A stretch of DNA of 64,000 bases from Caldisericia bacterium. Its GTDB lineage: Bacteria; Caldisericota; Caldisericia; JAAYUI01. The stretch spans positions 64,001 through 128,000 of the forward strand of contig OY771555.1 of the NCBI GenBank assembly GCA_963674785.1, given 5' to 3'. The position numbers and the translations under genes were made by a program. Positions 17,898 to 27,891 of this stretch are shown piece by piece (within the stretch, counting starts at the first letter, position 1; each line of letters starts with the position of its first letter). Below the pieces are notes generated by a model. That model was given only the letters and a program-made list of their open reading frames with translations, did no database searches and was not told where the DNA came from.

Positions 17898-19198
17898 CTT
17901 ACAGCCCTCCATCCTCTCCATGCAATCTTAAGGAGTTTCATGAGTCCCACTTTTTTCTTGAAGTTCTTTTTGATTTTTGCCTGTTTTTCACGTTTTGTTT
18001 TGCCATCGACAGTTAACATCTCTTCAACTGTTTCACCAAGGAACTCTGGCACCTCATTGAATACTTCTTTATTTTTATAAAGGAAATGACCAAAGTTTTT
18101 ATACTTTTTCATGTCTTTCCCAACAAAACTCTTCATGACATTGTCACTGTATTCTTTGAGAATTTTTTCTGAGGTGTCTCCCGCTTTGATTGCTTTAATG
18201 GCCATTTCACCTGCCATTCGACCTGTTGCTTGGGCGAGGTTTGTTCCTTCACGATGAAGGGTATTGAAAAGCATCGCAGTATCACCAGCAAGCACATATC
18301 CATCACCATAGAGTTTTGGAATTGTATCCCAGCCACCCTCTGGTAACCAGTGGGCGGTGTATTCTTTAAGTGTTCCTCCCTCGATGAATGGTGCGATGAA
18401 GGGGTGTTTTTTGAATTTATCCATCAGTTCATATGGGGTGTTTTTGTTAACCATCCATTGCTTCAGGTTTGCACCAAGACCAAGCGAAACTGTGTCTTTG
18501 TTTGTGTACATGATGCAGATTCCATCCATACCATCAACCTGACTGCCAAGAATTTCAAACGTGACACCCTCACCAGATTTTACAGAGAATCGTTTATTTA
18601 CTTCCTCTTCACCAATCTGGATGTTTTCCTTCACTGAAAGGGCAACATTTTCTGGTTTGACCTCAGGTCTGATGCCAGCTCTAACTGTTAGTGGTGATTG
18701 GATACCATCTGCAAAAACCACCATTTTGCCAAAAACATCACCGTCTGGTCTTCCTGTTCTGACACCAATTACTTTTCCAGTGTTGTCTCTTAAAACCTCT
18801 TCAACACAGGTGTTACAGATAACAAGTGCTCCAGCTTCCTGGGCTTTTTTTGCATACCATCTGTCGAATTTTGCACGGTGAACAGAGAGAACATTTGGAG
18901 TATCTCCTGCAAACTTGCCGGTTTTATATCCCATCTGGAAAGCGCCATCATCATTCATGAGAACAATTCTTGAATCAGTGATTTGTCTTTCAATTGGGAT
19001 TCTTTTTTCTTTCCAGAATTCAGGGACAATTTTTGCAATCTCGCTTGCATAAACCACCCCCCCAAAGACACTCTTTGAACCTGGAAACTCACCTCGCTCC
19101 AGAACGATTGTTTTTATCCCTGCACGGGCTGCAACAATTGCTGCACTGATTCCAGCGGGACCTGCACCAACAATTATCAGATCAAATTTTTCTTCCAT
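17894..19198 (-). CDS. fixC: FAD-dependent ETF:quinone oxidoreductase FixC
   Basis: IVGAGPAG, ERGEFPGSKSVFGG, RAKFDRW, EYTAHWLPEGG, LAGDTA, HREGTNLA. Confidence 0.92.
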   Translation of the reverse strand: MEEKFDLIIVGAGPAGISAAIVAARAGIKTIVLERGEFPGSKSVFGGVVYASEIAKIVPEFWKEKRIPIERQITDSRIVLMNDDGAFQMGYKTGKFAGDTPNVLSVHRAKFDRWYAKKAQEAGALVICNTCVEEVLRDNTGKVIGVRTGRPDGDVFGKMVVFADGIQSPLTVRAGIRPEVKPENVALSVKENIQIGEEEVNKRFSVKSGEGVTFEILGSQVDGMDGICIMYTNKDTVSLGLGANLKQWMVNKNTPYELMDKFKKHPFIAPFIEGGTLKEYTAHWLPEGGWDTIPKLYGDGYVLAGDTAMLFNTLHREGTNLAQATGRMAGEMAIKAIKAGDTSEKILKEYSDNVMKSFVGKDMKKYKNFGHFLYKNKEVFNEVPEFLGETVEEMLTVDGKTKREKQAKIKKNFKKKVGLMKLLKIAWRGWRAVR

Positions 19199-20205
19199 CA
19201 GTTCACCCTCTTTTCCAAATCAGAGATAAGCTCTGGCAAGGCATCCTGCCACCTTTTGACGATACCGACAGTTGATACTTTGAAAATTGGGGCATTGGGG
19301 TCATTGTTGATTGAGATGATGACATCAGAGTTTTGCATGCCAACAAGATGCTGAATGGCTCCGCTTATACCAACTGCAATGAAGACTCTTGGTACAACTG
19401 TTTTTCCAGTTTGCCCAACCTGACGCTCAACAGGCAGAAGACCGGCTTCAACCATTGGTCTTGAGCCTGCGACCTCACCACCAAGAAGGTCTGCCAGTTT
19501 TTTGAGCTGTTCAAATCCTTCCTGGCTGTTGACACCTTTTCCACCTGCAACAATTATTTTTGCATGTTCAATTTCAACTGCACCCGCTTTATCTGGGATA
19601 AATTCGAGAACCTTTACTGTTATATCCTTTGGGTCAACTGGAACAGAAACATCAATTACTTCACCTTTTCTTGCTGGGTCTGGATTTCCTTTTTTCATGA
19701 CCTTTGGTCTGACAGTTGACATCTGGGGTTGTCCCTTTTGGCAAAAGATTGTTGCCATGATATTTCCACCAAATGTTGGTCTTGTTGAAAGAAGCTTGAA
19801 GGTTTTATCATCAATATCAAGACCTGTGCAATCGGCAGTGAGTCCTGCCTGAAGGACTGTTCCAACAGCTCCTGAAAGATCACGACCAAGTGGAGTAGCA
19901 CCTATCAAAACAATTGTTGGTTTGTATTTTTTTACAACTTCGCAAAAAGCGTTGTTGTACGTTCTTGTTACATATGTTTTATATGCTGGATCATCAACAA
20001 CATAAACAGTGTCTGCTCCATACTCTATGGCTTCCTTTGCAAACTGTTTTACGTTGTCACCAATGATTAAGGCACTAACTTTTTGACCAAGTTTTCCAGC
20101 GAGCCTTGTTGCCTGACCTAAAAGCTCCCAGCCAACCTCCTGAGGTTTTCCGTCTGAAACTTCGATAAAAACAAGCACATCTTTCCACTCAGTATTCTCA
20201 GCCAT
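19198..20205 (-). CDS. fixB: Electron transfer flavoprotein alpha subunit FixB/EtfA
   Basis: GRDL, GLTADCT, RPTFGGNIMATI, RQVGQTGKTV, GISGAIQHLVGM. Confidence 0.93.
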   Translation of the reverse strand: MAENTEWKDVLVFIEVSDGKPQEVGWELLGQATRLAGKLGQKVSALIIGDNVKQFAKEAIEYGADTVYVVDDPAYKTYVTRTYNNAFCEVVKKYKPTIVLIGATPLGRDLSGAVGTVLQAGLTADCTGLDIDDKTFKLLSTRPTFGGNIMATIFCQKGQPQMSTVRPKVMKKGNPDPARKGEVIDVSVPVDPKDITVKVLEFIPDKAGAVEIEHAKIIVAGGKGVNSQEGFEQLKKLADLLGGEVAGSRPMVEAGLLPVERQVGQTGKTVVPRVFIAVGISGAIQHLVGMQNSDVIISINNDPNAPIFKVSTVGIVKRWQDALPELISDLEKRVN

Positions 20206-21032
20206 TATTCACTCTCCTCACCAAGCACTGCTTCTCTGAAATGTTTGTTATCAAAAACAATATCCAGGGCTTTTTTGACTGCATCATCTGCATCAAACAA
20301 AGGTCCTCCCTCTCTTGGTGGCGGAGTAAAAATTCTTTTTACCCAGGTTGGACTTCCTTTAAATCCAATCTGCTCGGGATCAGCATTGATGAAGTCTGCA
20401 GACCAACTTGGTATCTCTTCACGTTCAGCTTTTATAAGTCCTGGAAGTGAGGCATATCTTGGTTCATTGATGTCTTTCTCAACAGTGATGAGTGCGGGTA
20501 ACTGTGCCTGAACAATTTCAACACCTTTTGCAAGACGTCTTTTAACAACTATCCTTTTTTCATTTTCAACAAGCTCAGTTACCTCAGTGACATACGTCGC
20601 CTGATCAAAATTCAGTCTTGTAGCAATTCCTGGGCCTGTCTGTGCTGTATCACCATCAACCGCTTGTTTACCACAGATAACGAGATTTACAGGTGTAGTA
20701 TCCTTTGATAGTTTTTCGATTGCGGTTGCAAGGGTATAGGATGTTGCAAGTGTATCTGCTGCTGCAAATTTTTTATCTGAGATAAGAATTACTCTATTTA
20801 CACCCATTGCAAGGGTTTCCTTGAGAGCGGCTTCAGCCTGCGGTGGCCCCATTGTGAGCACCGAAACCTCTCCACCATGTTTTTCAACCAACTCCAGTGC
20901 CATTTCAACGGCGTTCATATCGAATGGGTTGACGATCGACTCTACTCCTGCTCGAACAATTGTGTTTTTTTCGGGATCAATCTTGACTTCCTGAGTGTCC
21001 GGAACCTGCTTAATAAGTACAGCAATGTGCAT
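20205..21032 (-). CDS. fixA: Electron transfer flavoprotein beta subunit FixA/EtfB (bifurcating type)
   Basis: KQVPDT, NPFDMNA, MGPPQA, ADTLATS, GKQAVDGDTAQTG, GSPTWV; AGGAGG RBS. Confidence 0.93.
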   Translation of the reverse strand: MHIAVLIKQVPDTQEVKIDPEKNTIVRAGVESIVNPFDMNAVEMALELVEKHGGEVSVLTMGPPQAEAALKETLAMGVNRVILISDKKFAAADTLATSYTLATAIEKLSKDTTPVNLVICGKQAVDGDTAQTGPGIATRLNFDQATYVTEVTELVENEKRIVVKRRLAKGVEIVQAQLPALITVEKDINEPRYASLPGLIKAEREEIPSWSADFINADPEQIGFKGSPTWVKRIFTPPPREGGPLFDADDAVKKALDIVFDNKHFREAVLGEESE

Positions 21033-21100
21033 CTAAACCTCCTGTTATTAAAACCGTATGCGCCATACAAGCACCAACTGCTTGTCAATAAACCCGAAAG

Positions 21101-21838
21101 TTATTTCTTGATGTACCTATTATAAAAAATCTGGGCTTCCTTAATCTTCTCAGCCCATCCAAAAAGTTTTGAACTACCAAAAAAATGAACTGTATTCATC
21201 TCGCCACGTCTGCCCGGAACCGCAACAACTAACCTTGGTTTCAGGATTCTATCGGCAGTTGCTTTCGCAAGTGCTATCATCCCAAGAGATGTCACCCTGT
21301 TCATCAAAAACTGAGAGCCTTTTATGTAGTCATATGAAATAAAGACCCACCTTCTGTTGCCCAGATAATCAACCGATCTAAACTCAAGCCCATCTGGTAA
21401 CAAATGAAGATTACCAGATGCTTTTATCATTTGTGACGGATGCGTCCCATCATACGTTACTCGAGGGGATTTCTCACCAAAAGGAATATCTGAAACTTCT
21501 GACAACGAAAAATTTGGTTTTCCAGTGCTTTTCATGTATTCAAGCACATCATACCCAACCTGGATTATTATTGGCTCCTGATCTCCAAAATAGAGATACA
21601 GGTCAACGTCATCCTCGTATTCATCATAGAGAAAACAGGTCATATCTTGGATGTCTCTCTGACAAGCAAGCTTTGGAGGGAATACTGCTGTTAACCGGCT
21701 TCCTTTTGTAAGGAGTGCACCCTCCCTGTTTCCATTCCTTGACCACACACTCCACCAGCCAGAAAACTTAGTAGAGACAAGTCCATTCCTGTTGAGTACC
21801 ACATCTAAATGATGAGGAAATTCCGTCACATCGTTCAT
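21101..21838 (-). CDS. Hypothetical protein (C-terminal half weakly resembles a bacterial PH-like fold)
   Basis: 245-aa ORF with TGCTATAAT 8 nt before the ATG; YDGTHP...GNLHL...GLEF pattern. The fold call is weak. Confidence 0.55.
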   Translation of the reverse strand: MNDVTEFPHHLDVVLNRNGLVSTKFSGWWSVWSRNGNREGALLTKGSRLTAVFPPKLACQRDIQDMTCFLYDEYEDDVDLYLYFGDQEPIIIQVGYDVLEYMKSTGKPNFSLSEVSDIPFGEKSPRVTYDGTHPSQMIKASGNLHLLPDGLEFRSVDYLGNRRWVFISYDYIKGSQFLMNRVTSLGMIALAKATADRILKPRLVVAVPGRRGEMNTVHFFGSSKLFGWAEKIKEAQIFYNRYIKK

Positions 21839-21918
21839 TTGGTTAGATTATAGCATACCCTCATTTGGTTATGATTAATTGCAAGTGTTGCCTTTATTAA
21901 CAGAAAATTATATAAAAC

Positions 21919-21953
21919 TTGCAAAGCTCGAAAACACACAATATCATAGATAT
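21919..21953 (+). promoter_or_regulatory. Methyltransferase promoter, probably leaderless
   Basis: TTGCAA-17 bp-TATCAT-6 nt-ATG (21954). Confidence 0.62.
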
Positions 21954-22592
21954 ATGCAATGGTGGCAGATGTTATTGTGGACAATTCTTGGAATTGTTGT
22001 CGGAGTACTTTTTATTCATTCAGTTATTATTCGCATAATAAGAAAGATATGGAAGTTCCCAATCCCTGCTTTCGCTGTCACGTTCATCGAGGGACCACAT
22101 CGAAGAAGGGTTCAACCTCCAAAACTTGTGTTAGATTGGATGGGGCTTAAGCCGGAGATGAAGGTTCTAGAGCTTGGTCCTGGAGCAGGAGCATTTACTT
22201 TTCCGGTAGCAGAAATAGCTGGCGAAGTACATTGTATAGATATCCAACCGAAAGTTATAAACATAATGAATTCTCGAATCCAAGAGCGTGGGTTTACAAA
22301 TATCTTTCCGGTTGAGGCAAACGCTTATAATCTCCCTTATGATGATAAAAGTTTTGATCTCGTTTTCCATGTCGCGTGTTTACCTGAGATTCCAGATCCA
22401 GTAAGGGTTTTAACTGAAGTAAAAAGGGTTTTAAAAGATGATGGAATTTATGCTGATTCAGAACTTATCGTTGACCCAGATTATCCACTTGCAAGCACAG
22501 TTGTCTCATGGGCAAAAAAAGCTGGTTTAGAAAAGATTTCAGCAAATGGTAATGGAATCCATTACGTACTTAAATTTAGAAAGTCGCACTGA
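21954..22592 (+). CDS. Membrane-anchored class I SAM-dependent methyltransferase
   Basis: N-terminal TM; VLELGPGAG, CIDIQ, LPYDDKSFDLV, RVLKDDG. Confidence 0.88.
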   Translation: MQWWQMLLWTILGIVVGVLFIHSVIIRIIRKIWKFPIPAFAVTFIEGPHRRRVQPPKLVLDWMGLKPEMKVLELGPGAGAFTFPVAEIAGEVHCIDIQPKVINIMNSRIQERGFTNIFPVEANAYNLPYDDKSFDLVFHVACLPEIPDPVRVLTEVKRVLKDDGIYADSELIVDPDYPLASTVVSWAKKAGLEKISANGNGIHYVLKFRKSH

Positions 22593-22726
22593 ATTTAGGT
22601 TTCTTAGGTTAGAAATAAGGTTATATAATGATTAATTCAACAGGAAACACTTAACCGAAAGCTTAACAACAAATCACCGAAAAGTCACTAAAATGTACTC
22701 ATTCTTTAGGTAAGGGGGTGCTTTTT

Positions 22727-25209
22727 ATGAGAAAGTCATTAGTTTTAGCAGTCGTTTTTGTTTTAGTTCTTGGTTTAACACCAATCCTTGGAACGACATT
22801 TGATAGTTCAAAAAAAGACATTGTTGAGATTGGTAATGCGATAAACCTCGGTAATTTCAACGCAGATGAAGTTTTTATCCCCATCGCAACTGGTGATTAC
22901 ATTGTCTGGGGACAAAAGGATGTTGATGCTGTAAACCTTTATTCCTGCAACGTAAACACAAAAGAAGTTAAAAAAATAAACAGTGAGTCATTTCGCATAT
23001 ATACGGGACATATCCCGCCCATATGGTCTCAGTTTCAAACGGATGGGTAGCCTATATTACTGACTCGGTGATGCTTGATGGAAAGATATGGCTCACACAT
23101 GCAAATGGTGAAAACGAACCGATTATCATTTCCACAGAAAACTCTTCTCAAACTTCATACCCAGCTTTTTCGAATGGGGTTTGTTATTTCTGGCAAGAAG
23201 CAGCGGCAGAAGAAGAAACAGGGTTATATTCATACGAACCTGATACAGCGACCCGAACGCTTCTTTATTCTGATCCAGAAAGCGATTTGTTCTATCGAAA
23301 GATTTACGTTGATGATAAGTACATATTGCTTGACCAGGGAGATGGTGGAGCTTTAATACTTGATAAAATTGGTGAAAAGGTGAAAATGCTCGAACTTTTC
23401 AACAGCGAAACTGACGATCATATACACACAAAAACATCATATATAAACCTTGCCTCTAGAAACGTTCTTTTCTATAAAAATACCTTCAAAAGAGAACCTG
23501 GAAAAAGACCAATAGAGATTAGCAAGGACTATTATATTTACGACATCAACTCTGATGAGCAGGTTAATATTGGTGCAACAGCTGATTTGGGCTCAACAGC
23601 AAACCAGGTCAGCCAAAACTCAGGTGCGTTTACATTTGTTGAGATGATTGCCTTGGATGGGCCAGTTCCAGAAAACTTTGAATGGAATCTAAATGTCTAC
23701 AATCCTATTATGAGATCTGTTCATTCTATCGACTATAATGCCCCATTTGATAGCAAAAATGACTACAGGGGAAGACTCTATTCAAGCATCTATGAAGACA
23801 TGATTGTTTATCCTTCTGGTATCGACCATGATCTTTGGCATCTAGACATATTCGACATCAACAAAAAGCTTTCGTACAGAATCACAAATGATAAAGGTGT
23901 ATACCTTTATCCAACAATAAGCGACAATAAAGTTTCGTATTTTAAAGAAAACTTTGAAGAGGGTGGTTTCAACTTGTTTTTCCACAATATCGCTACTAAA
24001 GAATCTGAAATCAAAAACATCAAACGAGAGCTTGTTTTTGAGGATGAAGAAGAGATCACAAAAACCGAAAAGCCTATAATTTTTATTAAATCTCTTGGAA
24101 ACTATCTTGTATGGATCGAATATGATGAAGATGAAGAGATAAATGATGTATTCTCGTATGACTTTGAAACACAGGAAAAATTAGAACTGCTTTCCATTCC
24201 TGGATGGGGTATTTTTTCTGGCTTCGCAATTCCAAAATACTTTTTTAATGAAAGCTTTTTTGTAATTGGGACCATTGAGGAAAGATCACAAATCAGTTAT
24301 AGAACTGTTTCTCTAGACGGGGAAATTGATAGGATAATTGAGGATCCTAATGCAAAAAATATTGGAATTCATGACATCCAGGGTGATTATCTTTATCTTT
24401 CAAAAAGATATGAAGACAGCAAACTGGATGGATGTTTTGAATACAATATGAGAAGTGGCAAATCTGAATTCCTGTTTGACTTTAAGGATGTTGAAAGGAA
24501 CCAGTTTGGATTTTCATACAAAACGTGGATTGACCTATACGTCCATGGAGACAAATTTCTTATTTGCGGTGACAAAAACTCGATTTTTTTAGCAAGCAGA
24601 AATGGTGAGATTGAGAGGATTATCTGTGCAGCGGAGATGAAAACAGAACACTTTAGAACTGAAAATACTATCGAATCAATGATTGGTGACTACTTAATAA
24701 TTGAATCTAAGGTGATTACTCCGAAAATACCTGGAATCGAGTATCTTGATATGTTTAATGAACAAATTGTCTCATGTGAAACATACTGTTACAATGCCGG
24801 AAATAATAGTCTTTACCAATCAAAAACGGATGCTTTCGGATTCGTACCTAGCACATACACAAACTACTGCAACCCAAACATAATTGTGACAGGTGAATAC
24901 AATAACGACGACAATAATACTTCCAAAGAGATTTCCTACAAAGCTATAGACTTATCAAAAGGTTCTGAGGTTGATCTTATAACAAGGAATTCTGCTGATT
25001 TCAGAAACAGAGTGAAATTCTTTGAGGTGGCTGGAGATATTGTCGCATTTGAAAACAATGAAGACAGTAACTACACTATCTGTGATACTCTGACCGGTAA
25101 AATGTATACATTTGAAAATACTGTTTTAGCCCTTTCAAAAGACAGGATCATGTACCTCAAGAACCGGAAAATCCTCTCACAAAAATACTCATTTGTTATT
25201 GAAGAATAA
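22727..25209 (+). pseudogene. Secreted tandem beta-propeller (TolB-like) protein split by a -1 frameshift (ORFs 22718-23050 and 23023-25209)
   Basis: The first ORF has the RBS and signal peptide and a GDYIVW blade. The second has no signal peptide or RBS, continues the blades (NGWVAY, EDMIVY, DNKVSY, GNYLVW), and its frame is open from 22987. Confidence 0.65.
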
Positions 25210-25228
25210 AATTGTCCTTTCAACAACT

Positions 25229-25264
25229 TAAAAAACCCCAAACTATAACGTTTGGGGTTTTTTA
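25229..25264. terminator. Bidirectional intrinsic terminator
   Basis: TAAAAAACCCCAAAC-TATAAC-GTTTGGGGTTTTTTA between convergent genes. Confidence 0.85.
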
Positions 25265-25275
25265 AATAGAGATTG

Positions 25276-27006
25276 TTACTTCCTCAACAGGATTTTCTCA
25301 GGGTACCACTTCTGAAACCAATTTGTGAAAACAAACATTGGGACAAGAAGAACATATCGAACTATCATTAAGGCAATTGCAATTTTTGGGTAGGACATTT
25401 CAACAAGCATTATTAGTGCTTCAAGTAAGAAGAATAAACCCCAGACAGAACTAATAATAATGTTTGTCACCAAAAAAGCATTAGACATTAAAACAGATTT
25501 GGAAAACCCTTGCCCTGAATATTCGGCAGTTAATGAGAACCTGTTTATAGATGAACCTAACCACAACGCTCCCAAGAAGACATAATCAATAACCCAGATA
25601 TACATACCTACAAAATTGAGATTTAGAGACAAGAGTACGGACATAACCACAAGATAAGCAGTTGATCCAAACTCAAACAATGTCGGTCTGTTTGTCATTG
25701 AATGATAAAGGAGGACTAGAAGTGAAAGACCGGCAGCAACAAACCTCGGCACAAGACCAGGGAACATGGAACCAAAAACCCATACAACGATCCAGGGAAC
25801 AAATGCCACCTGCATCCACGTCATTCCTGAGAGGTTTATAAATCCTCTTTTGTCGGGAATCGATTTTTCATTGGATAAATCACTCATTGCGTCTTCAGGC
25901 TTATCTCCTGATGAGGTATTGAAAGTCTTATCCATATTCATGAGATAACTCATATCACCTTCAATCTTGTAAGCACCTTTTAAGAACTCAGCTTCGCCAT
26001 TTGCACATCCTTCAGATATATCCATCCACAACTTGAGAGGAGAAATAACAGTCATGTCCGGATTTGGGTGTTTTCCACTATAAGCACTTGCCTTTTTCCC
26101 ATCCATTACAATAAACCAATTTTTATCATCCAAGTCGAATTGAATAACACCGTTTGAAGACGCTGCTTTTGAAGGCACATATTGAAGAGCCATCCCTGCA
26201 AAAAAAGTATCCATTCCGCCAGAAGATATTGACAGAGGTTTTTGTTCAATTCTATGTTCAATCGATTTTGGTTTAACTGCACCCTCTCTTGGTTGTAAAG
26301 ACTTCCAATACTGGTTTGCTGTTTCCAGGAACATTTTTACTTCTTCTTTTGTGCTAGTCGTTGCCTGAACAATCTTTTCTGCTGTATCTTTGCTAATCTT
26401 GAGATTTTCAGCAAGCTCTTGACCGGTTTTTTCTGCAAGAGAAAGGATTTCTGTAAATAACTGATCAGATCCTCTGGCAAGAGGCTCTGAGCCTGGAAGG
26501 AGAAAATGTCCTGCGAAAAGATCTCCGATTGTTGACCCATAAACCTTTTCATACCTTTTCAGAAGTGGATCGAAATGAGATCTTTCAGGGAATCCACAGA
26601 CAGAGATAAGAAAAACCTTTGGGTGTGGCTTATCTCCTCTTATTGGATGACCAGTCGTATCTCCTCTAGCAACAAGATATGGCTGCACCAAAGGAAGTTG
26701 TCTATCGGTGAAGTTTTTAAAGATACCTGTAACATCATAATAATAAAGAGGGGTGGAATGAATCACCAAATCAGCATTTCTAATCTTTTCAAGTATCTCC
26801 ACCATGTCATCTTTGTGTACACACTGACCAGGTGTTTTTGTCCAACAGGTATAACATCCAATACACGGATTTATATTCTTGTCAACGAGAAAAATCTCAT
26901 CTACATCGGCACCATTTTTCTTCATCCCTCTAATAAGTCTTTCGGCAATCTTATAGGATGCGGATTTTTTCCTTCTTGGACTTCCAAGGATCACAACTGC
27001 TTTCAT
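25276..27006 (-). CDS. Iron-sulfur flavoprotein/FMN reductase-like domain fused to an SCP2 lipid-binding domain and a C-terminal multi-TM domain
   Basis: GSPRR, PCIGCYTCWTKTPGQCVHKDDM, TPLY; SCP2-like PDMTVISPLKLWMDISEG..NG...FLKGAYKIEGDM; about 6 TM at the C-terminus. Confidence 0.8.
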   Translation of the reverse strand: MKAVVILGSPRRKKSASYKIAERLIRGMKKNGADVDEIFLVDKNINPCIGCYTCWTKTPGQCVHKDDMVEILEKIRNADLVIHSTPLYYYDVTGIFKNFTDRQLPLVQPYLVARGDTTGHPIRGDKPHPKVFLISVCGFPERSHFDPLLKRYEKVYGSTIGDLFAGHFLLPGSEPLARGSDQLFTEILSLAEKTGQELAENLKISKDTAEKIVQATTSTKEEVKMFLETANQYWKSLQPREGAVKPKSIEHRIEQKPLSISSGGMDTFFAGMALQYVPSKAASSNGVIQFDLDDKNWFIVMDGKKASAYSGKHPNPDMTVISPLKLWMDISEGCANGEAEFLKGAYKIEGDMSYLMNMDKTFNTSSGDKPEDAMSDLSNEKSIPDKRGFINLSGMTWMQVAFVPWIVVWVFGSMFPGLVPRFVAAGLSLLVLLYHSMTNRPTLFEFGSTAYLVVMSVLLSLNLNFVGMYIWVIDYVFLGALWLGSSINRFSLTAEYSGQGFSKSVLMSNAFLVTNIIISSVWGLFFLLEALIMLVEMSYPKIAIALMIVRYVLLVPMFVFTNWFQKWYPEKILLRK

Positions 27007-27093
27007 ATATCTCTATCTCCTTATAAGTACTGACTACTATCTAAATAATATCTGATATACCTATATAATTATTATTAATATGTATAGATATTT

Positions 27094-27672
27094 TTATTTG
27101 CTCTTTACTGCCTTCATAATAGTATATAATATATTTGTAAGTATGTTATATGTATTATTATCAAACTTACTTACTAATATATCACTTACTTCTTTATAAG
27201 CTTTATCTGACTCATTTAATATCTTTTCTCCGCTATCAGTAAGTTTTAAGTAGTAGGAACGTCTATCTTTCTTATCATATATTCTTTCAATATATTTCTT
27301 ATCTATCAATGAATCTATGACTCTTGTAGTTTTAGCAGGATGCATTAATGTATATTCAGTTAGATCACTTGGGCGGGTCTCATCACACGCTCGCACAATA
27401 AATAGTACCTCATAGCTTTCTGTTGAAAGTCCAAAAGCATCAAAAACCCCTTTATCACCACCGCCTTTTAGTAGAGTACCTAAATGGATTAGAAGTGTTA
27501 TTAATACAGCTCCTTCTCCGACCCTGTCTCTCAGTTCGATAAATCTACTATCATTCCATATATTTTCATCTGATAATTTCATGTTCAATATATTATCGGA
27601 TGAAATTAATTTGTCAATACTCGCAGATATAAAAATCTTGAAAAAGTGATCTAAATTCGTAGAATCTCCCAC
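27094..27672 (-). CDS. MarR family transcriptional regulator (start uncertain, possibly ATG 27582)
   Basis: TTRVIDSLIDKKYIERIYDKKDRRSYYLKLTDSG winged-helix motif. Confidence 0.85.
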   Translation of the reverse strand: MGDSTNLDHFFKIFISASIDKLISSDNILNMKLSDENIWNDSRFIELRDRVGEGAVLITLLIHLGTLLKGGGDKGVFDAFGLSTESYEVLFIVRACDETRPSDLTEYTLMHPAKTTRVIDSLIDKKYIERIYDKKDRRSYYLKLTDSGEKILNESDKAYKEVSDILVSKFDNNTYNILTNILYTIMKAVKSK

Positions 27673-27891
27673 ATGGAAAATAAAAACGGATGTTCTTTGC
27701 CATTGATGACAGGCTTTCTCGCATTTGCATCAGTGTCAATGATATTGACCGGTATATGGCACAACTCACCATCACTCCTATGGTTAGGTGTTGGTGAAGG
27801 TGTGATAGCCATTCTCGGAGTCGTAGCGATTATCATCAAAAAAGTCAAAGCAAACAAAACTAAGACTGATTCTGTAGTTGAGTCTAAATAA
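27673..27891 (+). CDS. Small two-TM hypothetical protein
   Basis: Two hydrophobic helices and a basic tail; no clear RBS. Confidence 0.45.
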   Translation: MENKNGCSLPLMTGFLAFASVSMILTGIWHNSPSLLWLGVGEGVIAILGVVAIIIKKVKANKTKTDSVVESK

